The notes beneath the pieces were generated by a model that was not told the DNA's origin, searched no databases, and worked only from the letters and a program-made list of their open reading frames with translations. Positions 42,167-48,052 of a stretch of DNA of 48,052 bases are shown piece after piece. This stretch comes from Candidatus Rokuibacteriota bacterium (GTDB taxonomy: Bacteria; Methylomirabilota; Methylomirabilia; Rokubacteriales; DASRDR01): positions 1 through 48,052 of the forward strand of contig JBIOTN010000070.1 in NCBI GenBank assembly GCA_044866005.1, in the 5' to 3' direction. A program made the position numbers and the translations under genes. The stretch's first letter is position 1; every line of letters starts with the position of its first letter.

Positions 42167-42192
42167 CCCTCGCGAGGCGCGCCTCGCGAGGG
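42167..42192. repeat. Perfect 26-bp palindrome
   Basis: ccctcgcgaggcgcgcctcgcgaggg. Confidence 0.8.
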
Positions 42193-42244
42193 GTGAGGCC
42201 GCCCTACCACGCGCTGGCCAGCGAGGCCGGCTGACGGGAGCCGC

Positions 42245-43048
42245 GTGCCCGACTACACCCGACCCGGGGACAACGGCGTCCCGGTCCCCGAATCGTTCGA
42301 GTGGCAGGTCGAAGGCCGGACACCCCTCCCCTCGCCGCTGGCTTGCGGGAAATGGTACGCCGTGGAGGCGAGCGTCAGCCAGACCGTCTGGGCGTGCGAC
42401 GACGACGTGAAGGTCGAGCCGCTCTACAATCGCGCCGAAGAGCTCGCCAGGTACCTCGTCGCCGTTCGCGCGGATTGCGATCCGGTGGACTGTCCGACGA
42501 TGGAGGTGGTCCTCGAGGCGTACTGGTGGGGCTGTCGGGGATTCGTCGCGTTCGCCACGGTGCGAATGGCGGTCCACTGCTCGCAAGGCCTCAATCCCGC
42601 GGTCCCGCCCCTGAGCCCCGTGGACGGGCCGCAGCCCTCGGACTTCGAGGACCTGCGCCGGCTGGAGGATCTCCCGCGGGTGCCGTTCGAGGCCACGAAC
42701 TACCTCGTGGAGATCGTCCCGCTCGGCCAGCCGCTCCCGAGCCTCCCCCTGCCCTGCCCGTCGGCGAGGACGCTCCGGTACACCCACCGCGAGCGGTTGA
42801 CCGGCCGGTGCCCCCCGGCCGACTTCAAGCCGGCGGTGGATCGCGGCCTCGATGAAGTCCAGAGCTACGGCCGGACATTCGGGTGCGCCGGGCCGTGCGA
42901 GCGCGTGGTGCAGATCGGCCGCGTCCAGTGGCTCTGTTACGACCCGCCGCTCCGGCTCCGCGGCATCGTCGAGGTCACCGTCTACTTCGAGCTGCTCTGC
43001 CGGAAGCCCGCCCCGCCGCCTGGCGGCGCCCCGCCCGGCGACGAGTAG
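42245..43048 (+). CDS. Cys-rich hypothetical protein with an internal duplication
   Basis: GGGAG RBS plus GTG; two roughly 90-aa halves, each with 6 Cys. Confidence 0.7.
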   Translation: MPDYTRPGDNGVPVPESFEWQVEGRTPLPSPLACGKWYAVEASVSQTVWACDDDVKVEPLYNRAEELARYLVAVRADCDPVDCPTMEVVLEAYWWGCRGFVAFATVRMAVHCSQGLNPAVPPLSPVDGPQPSDFEDLRRLEDLPRVPFEATNYLVEIVPLGQPLPSLPLPCPSARTLRYTHRERLTGRCPPADFKPAVDRGLDEVQSYGRTFGCAGPCERVVQIGRVQWLCYDPPLRLRGIVEVTVYFELLCRKPAPPPGGAPPGDE

Positions 43049-43053
43049 GGAGC

Positions 43054-43863
43054 ATGGGCGGCACGCCGGCGCGCGGGTTCGTTTCGTCCAACGGGGCGAC
43101 GCTCTACTACGAGATGGCGGGCGCCGGCCCGCCGGCCCTGTTCGTCGCCGGCTCGACCGGCGACGCCGGCAACTTCACGAGAGCCGCCGAGCTCCTGGCC
43201 GACGAGTTCACCGTCGTGACCTATGACCGGCGCGGCAACTCGCGGAGCCCGCGCCCCGAGGGGTGGACGACGACCTCGGTCGGGGAGCAGGCGGACGACG
43301 CCGCGGGCCTCGTCCGCGCGCTGGACCTCGGCCCGGTCGCGCTCTTCGCCGCCAGCGCGGGCGCCCTGATCGGGCTGGACCTGGCGATCCGCCATCCCTC
43401 GCTCGTGCGCGTGGCCGTCCTCCAGGAGCCCCTCGTCTACCCCTGGCTGTCCGAGGAGTTGCTCGCGCCACGGCGCGCCATCGTCCAGCATGCCCTACGC
43501 GAGGCCGGGCCGCGGGGCGCGGTCGCGGCGCTCCTGTGCCATCTCAATGGGGAGGACGTCCTGAACGCCATTCCCGCCGACGTCCTGGGCCGGATGCTCG
43601 ACAACGCCGACACCATCTTCAGCGTGGAGACCGCGTTCGCCGCATGGCAGCCGGCCGAGGATGCCCTGCGCGCGATCCAGGTCCCCGTCGTGCTGATGAT
43701 CGCCGCGGACACCCTGCCGCCCTACGTCGAGGTGATGAGGCGGCTCGAGGCGCGGCTTCACAGCAAGACCATCGTCGTGCCGGGTCCGCACGGCTTCTAC
43801 TATTATCGGCCGCCGCAGCTGGCCGACGCGCTCCGCCCGCTTTTCCGTCGCTTCGCGGGCTGA
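43054..43863 (+). CDS. Alpha/beta fold hydrolase
   Basis: LYYEMAG.GP, TYDRRGNSRS, AASAG nucleophile elbow, PGPHG. Confidence 0.85.
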   Translation: MGGTPARGFVSSNGATLYYEMAGAGPPALFVAGSTGDAGNFTRAAELLADEFTVVTYDRRGNSRSPRPEGWTTTSVGEQADDAAGLVRALDLGPVALFAASAGALIGLDLAIRHPSLVRVAVLQEPLVYPWLSEELLAPRRAIVQHALREAGPRGAVAALLCHLNGEDVLNAIPADVLGRMLDNADTIFSVETAFAAWQPAEDALRAIQVPVVLMIAADTLPPYVEVMRRLEARLHSKTIVVPGPHGFYYYRPPQLADALRPLFRRFAG

Positions 43864-43932
43864 CGTCCCGCGCCGGGCCGCGGCGCGCCGGCCGAGGCCG
43901 GTCGTGCCGACGCCCCGGAGCGGCGCCCGCCC

Positions 43933-46842
43933 TCAGAGGATCCGGCGGTACACGCCGCGCCCCATCGTGCTCACCCACAGGGTCCGGTCGCGCTTGCGGA
44001 TGTCGAGGTCGGACACGAAGGCGTTGGGGAGGCCCTCGTCGAAGGCGTGCCAGGACTCCCCCGCGTCCGTGCTCCGGTAGACCCCGACGATGTTCGAGAC
44101 GTAGAGGGTGTCGTCGAGCGTCGGGTCGAGAGCCAGGCCGGTCAGGCCGAGGTCGGGAAGCGACAGGGCCGGCAGGCCGCCGCTGGCGTCGAACCAAGTC
44201 GCCTGAGCTCCGGCGTCGACCACGCCCCGCCAGAGCGGGCGGAAGCCCACGGCGCCCAGCGCGCCGCGCGTGCCGAAGGCCAGGTAGACCCGCCGCGGAT
44301 CGTCCCAGTCGACCTCGATGTCGTGGACGCGCGCGGCTGGCAGGCCGGCCCGGGCCAGCTCCGTCCACGTGGCGCCGCCGTCGGTCGAGTGCCAGACCCG
44401 CCCCGACGCGCTCGCCGCGTACCCGTGGTCGTCGTCGGACGGGGCGAGCTGCACCGCCGAGATCTCCTCGGCCGGCACGGCGAGCACGGTCGCCCAGGGG
44501 GCGCCGCCCGTCGTGGAGCGCACCACCGCGCCGTCGGCCCGGCGGATGGCGAGCAGCCGCGTGGGATGGACCCGGCCGATCGCAAACGCCTCGAGGTTCA
44601 GGTTCGAGGTGTCGAGGCCGAGGTCGGTCCAGCTCTCCGCCTGCCACCCGGCGCTGGCGTTCACCGTCTTCACGACGTTCGAGTACCAGTTGTCCGTGTA
44701 GGCGACGTCCGCGTTCGTCGGGTCGTACTCGACCCAGCCGCCCTCGCCGCGGTTGGCGTAGTTGAGGTACGTGAAGGTCCGGTCGCCGGCCCAGGCGTAG
44801 GTGTAGTTGTCGTGGCTGGTCACCGCCACGGCCAGGGTCGGCGTCTGGGAGACGGCGACCGTCCAGCACTGGAGCGTGACGAGGTTGCTGTTCACGATGG
44901 GATCGGCCGGGATCCCACCCGCCCCGTGGAGCGCGGCCCAGTGCTGGCCGTTGTCCACCGACCGGTAGATCCCGCCGTCGCTGGCCACGAAGAGCGTGTC
45001 GTGATCGGCCGGGTCGAAGACGAGCGCCTGGACGTCCTCGTGGATGCGCTCCCGCCTCGCCGCGCCCGAGGTGCTCACGTCCGTCCAGGTCGCCCCGCCG
45101 TCGGCGCTGCGGAAGAGGTGGAAGTCGCCGCCGAAGAGGACGGCCTCGTCCGTCGGGTCCACCGCGATCACGTTCATGTACCGGCCCTGCAGCGTCTGGA
45201 AGCCCGGGTTCACGGGCTGGGGCGTGAAGGTCGTCCCGCCGTCCACGCTGCTGAAGACCCGGTTCGACATCTTCACGGCCACGAACTGCGTGCCGTGCGC
45301 GCCGCCCCGGCCCAGGGCCACCTTCGGGGCGTCGGCGGGGGGCCCGGTCAGGAGGCCGTTCGTCAGGAAGGTCCAGCTGGTGCCGCCGTCGAGGCTCCGG
45401 TACACCCCGCCCGGCCGCGCCGCGCTGTGGTACACGCCGATGTAGACCCGGTTCGGGTCGCTCGGGTCCACGACGACGTCGCTCACCACGCCGTCGAAGA
45501 CCCCCTGGCTGTTGCCGCCGGTGACGTCCCAGCTCTGGCCCCCGTTCGTGCTCCGGTGGAGGCCGCGGCTGCCGGCGGCGAAGACGCGGTCGGGATCGCC
45601 CGGGTCCACGGCGACGGCAGAGGTCTCCGTGCTCGGGATCGGCGCGAGCCGCCGCCAGGTCGTCCCCGCGTCGTCGCTCCGGTAGACGCCGACGCCGGGG
45701 TACATCGTGTAGATCGCCGACACGGAGACGTCCCACTCGCCCGTCGCCGCGTAGACGACCTGGCGGCTCGAGGGGGCGACGGCGAGCCCGCCGATGGCGA
45801 GCGAGAGCTGGCTCTCCCAGGTCGGCGCCCAGGTCGCCCCGGCGTTCGTCGTCTTGAAGACGCCGCCCGCCGCGCTGCCGGCGTACACCGTCGTGCCGGC
45901 CGTCGGGTCCACGGCGAGGGCCGTGATGCGGCCGGGGACGTTGTCCGGGCCGATGCTCTCCCAGACCTGGCACGGGCGCGGCCACCATGCCCAGGGAGGC
46001 GCGAGCGGCGGCCGCTCCCCGAAGCGGGCGGCGCCGAGGATCTCGGGGATGCCGAGGTCGCCCGGGCCCGGGCGGTCGCGGCCCAGGCAGAGCTCGCAGA
46101 GGTCTCGCCCGGCCCCGCCGCCGCCGAAGTCGGCCGGGCTCACCCCGAGCCCGGCCGCGACCTCGGGGATGGCCCGGGCGATCCCGCGGTGGCAGAGGAT
46201 CAGGCCGCAGACCTTGGGCGTCAGGTTCAGCGTCCCGTCGAGCGGCAGCCAATCGCGGAGGGCGTCCAGCAGCCGGAGCGTCGTTGCCGCGCGTGGGTCT
46301 CGCGGCACGCCCACCACCGAGTAGAGGCCGGGCCGGCTGACCCGGGCGTAGGCGTAGCCGAAGCGACGGTTGTAGCCCGACTGCGGGACGGCGCGGAAGC
46401 GGCGGCTCGCCTCGTCCCAGCGCGCGACGACCAGGCTGGCGGCGTGGAGCTGGCGGAGGTCTGCCCGGTCGAGCTTGAACCGGAGCGTGGCGGCGGCGAA
46501 GGGGCGCTTCGCCGTCACGGTCACGAAGCGCCGCGCGCCACCCAGCGCCCGCCGGTCGCGCCGGGCGCGCGTCGCCTTCACCCTCGCGCCCGCGGCGCCG
46601 GCGAGGTCCGCCGCTGACGCCAGCCGGCGATCGGGGTCGGCGGCAGCGCGGGGCCGCTCGGTGAGGCCGCCCTTCCGGGCGCGGGCGCGCTCGATCGCGC
46701 GGAGGACCGTGGCGGAGTCCTCCGCGCCCCCGAACCGCTCGGCCAGCGCCCGGCGCGCCTCGTGGACCTCCCGGCGCTCTCGCTCCTCGGCCTCGGGCTC
46801 CGCGTGATGCTTGGGTCGAGTCCTGGGACGCGCCATGGTCAT
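43933..46842 (-). CDS. Asp-box/BNR-repeat beta-propeller protein (VPS10/GH74-like) with an unusual N-terminal region
   Basis: About 10 S/T-x-D/N-x-G-x-T/S-W repeats, WESIGP..VPGRIT start, STMGRGVY end. Confidence 0.85.
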   Translation of the reverse strand: MTMARPRTRPKHHAEPEAEERERREVHEARRALAERFGGAEDSATVLRAIERARARKGGLTERPRAAADPDRRLASAADLAGAAGARVKATRARRDRRALGGARRFVTVTAKRPFAAATLRFKLDRADLRQLHAASLVVARWDEASRRFRAVPQSGYNRRFGYAYARVSRPGLYSVVGVPRDPRAATTLRLLDALRDWLPLDGTLNLTPKVCGLILCHRGIARAIPEVAAGLGVSPADFGGGGAGRDLCELCLGRDRPGPGDLGIPEILGAARFGERPPLAPPWAWWPRPCQVWESIGPDNVPGRITALAVDPTAGTTVYAGSAAGGVFKTTNAGATWAPTWESQLSLAIGGLAVAPSSRQVVYAATGEWDVSVSAIYTMYPGVGVYRSDDAGTTWRRLAPIPSTETSAVAVDPGDPDRVFAAGSRGLHRSTNGGQSWDVTGGNSQGVFDGVVSDVVVDPSDPNRVYIGVYHSAARPGGVYRSLDGGTSWTFLTNGLLTGPPADAPKVALGRGGAHGTQFVAVKMSNRVFSSVDGGTTFTPQPVNPGFQTLQGRYMNVIAVDPTDEAVLFGGDFHLFRSADGGATWTDVSTSGAARRERIHEDVQALVFDPADHDTLFVASDGGIYRSVDNGQHWAALHGAGGIPADPIVNSNLVTLQCWTVAVSQTPTLAVAVTSHDNYTYAWAGDRTFTYLNYANRGEGGWVEYDPTNADVAYTDNWYSNVVKTVNASAGWQAESWTDLGLDTSNLNLEAFAIGRVHPTRLLAIRRADGAVVRSTTGGAPWATVLAVPAEEISAVQLAPSDDDHGYAASASGRVWHSTDGGATWTELARAGLPAARVHDIEVDWDDPRRVYLAFGTRGALGAVGFRPLWRGVVDAGAQATWFDASGGLPALSLPDLGLTGLALDPTLDDTLYVSNIVGVYRSTDAGESWHAFDEGLPNAFVSDLDIRKRDRTLWVSTMGRGVYRRIL

Positions 46843-46908
46843 CCCTCCCCTTCATCGCGACCCGCACCCGCCCAGGTCTCTCGCTAGCTCACCGGATCCT
46901 CCGGTCTC

Positions 46909-47370
46909 TCACTGGACCTCGACGCTGACGGTCGAGATTGAGGACCGACGCTCGAACGCGGCATCAGCGGGCAGCGCATGGAGCTCGCGGTCGCGGTACC
47001 CGTCGGCGAGAGATGTGTGATCGTCCAGGACGAGCTCGGCGCGGATCTTGTGACGGCCCGGCGGCAGGATCAGCCGCACCCGCATCTCGGTCGTGGCCGG
47101 ATACGTCGTCACGTCGGTCCGGTCGTCGATCCAGTAGTGGATGTGGCCGGCGTTCGGCCGCTTGCCGCTCCCTCGCCCCTGCAGGGTGAAGTTCGAGACA
47201 TCGACCCGGACGGTGACGCCCGGCCCCTTCACCACTGCGCCGTCCGCCGGCTCCAGGATTCGAATCGTCGGCGTCGGCTCCTCCGCGACCGCGGGGCCCA
47301 CACCCGCCCCGGCCAGCGCGAGGAGCAACAGCGGCGGGAGCGGCCAACGCATGGCAGTGAGTCTCGTCAT
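46909..47370 (-). CDS. Secreted Ig-like protein with His motifs (DUF4399-like)
   Basis: Signal peptide; I.EPADGAVV, GHIHYWID, PGRHKI..ELV.DDH. Confidence 0.7.
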   Translation of the reverse strand: MTRLTAMRWPLPPLLLLALAGAGVGPAVAEEPTPTIRILEPADGAVVKGPGVTVRVDVSNFTLQGRGSGKRPNAGHIHYWIDDRTDVTTYPATTEMRVRLILPPGRHKIRAELVLDDHTSLADGYRDRELHALPADAAFERRSSISTVSVEVQ

Positions 47371-47560
47371 TTGCCCCGTCCTCCTTGGCTGCGGTGCCCT
47401 TCTGGCTTCCACGTCGGTCCTCCAGTGGCGGATACGCCTAACGTCAATGCCACGGGGGCCGAGCGCAGCTCAGCCACTCGACCTGTCTCGAGCGAGGCGC
47501 GAGCCTCAACGGCGGTGGCTAGTCGCGGCAGTCAGTCGCTCCCCTTCGATCGATGAATGG

Positions 47561-48016
47561 CTATTTCGGTTGCCGCTTTCTCCAACGCCGCGCACGCTCG
47601 ATACGCCAGGGCCAGTATGAGAGGAATCCGCGCTTGCCACCAAGTGCGACATAACTCCTGTATTCACGCCAGCGCGCCCACACGATCCCTAATGCCAGGA
47701 TAGGCATGACAGCCGTCGTCAGGATCGCCGCTCCGACTACCCAAGTCCGGGCCCAGTGGGACAGCAGAAGCCAGAAGATCACAGCCAGCATCAGAAAGGG
47801 CGGGATGGCCCGCAACGCTCGCTCGGCCGCTCGCACACGCCCCTCGATCCAGGCGATTCTCTTCTCCAAGCCAGACACCGAGCCATCGCTGAATGTTGGC
47901 TCCGACCGCCGTGGCACCTCGGCGCAAGACCCGAAGACCCAGTCTAGGAGCCCGTCGAGACGGCGCTGCCTGCGGCCGCGTGCAGTGCCATAACAGCCGT
48001 CGTCCGGGTCGCTCAT
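47561..48016 (-). CDS. Hypothetical membrane protein with lower GC content
   Basis: Two hydrophobic segments; atypical codon usage. Confidence 0.4.
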   Translation of the reverse strand: MSDPDDGCYGTARGRRQRRLDGLLDWVFGSCAEVPRRSEPTFSDGSVSGLEKRIAWIEGRVRAAERALRAIPPFLMLAVIFWLLLSHWARTWVVGAAILTTAVMPILALGIVWARWREYRSYVALGGKRGFLSYWPWRIERARRWRKRQPK

Positions 48017-48052
48017 TCCAAGGGCTATGGTGCGTATGTCCCAGTCATCAAC

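Noticed and set aside
47438..47452. TGGCATTGACGTTAG on the minus strand as a sigma54 promoter
   Set aside because: The -12 position reads AG instead of GC; at best degenerate

Overview
Very GC-rich chromosomal window from a diderm bacterium (lptFG present). Gene content and repeat style suggest a Rokubacteria/Methylomirabilota-like lineage, which is an inference only. Bases 1-36 kb are mostly housekeeping genes: a GH57 glucanotransferase, PGI/PMI, metK-ahcY, a PHP/GT39/GT2/UPF0182 envelope block, fused lptF-lptG, valS-birA-coaX, guaB3-guaA, SPFH, dnaE-accA, a SorC/CggR-type regulator divergent from an archaeal-type FBP aldolase/phosphatase, DUF151-GT4 and paaK with a lone PaaA-like diiron protein. 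Bases 36-48 kb are accessory: a bactofilin operon, DksA/TraR, YihY, small stress-type proteins, a Cys-rich tandem-domain protein, an alpha/beta hydrolase and a large Asp-box propeller protein. The most notable signal is five sigma54-type (-24/-12) motifs within about 3 kb, four of them in back-to-back pairs, ahead of stress-type genes. Also notable are structured leaders before metK and guaB3, a MITE-like hairpin repeat and two genes that appear to start at CTG. No tRNA, rRNA, CRISPR array, integrase or transposase was recognised.
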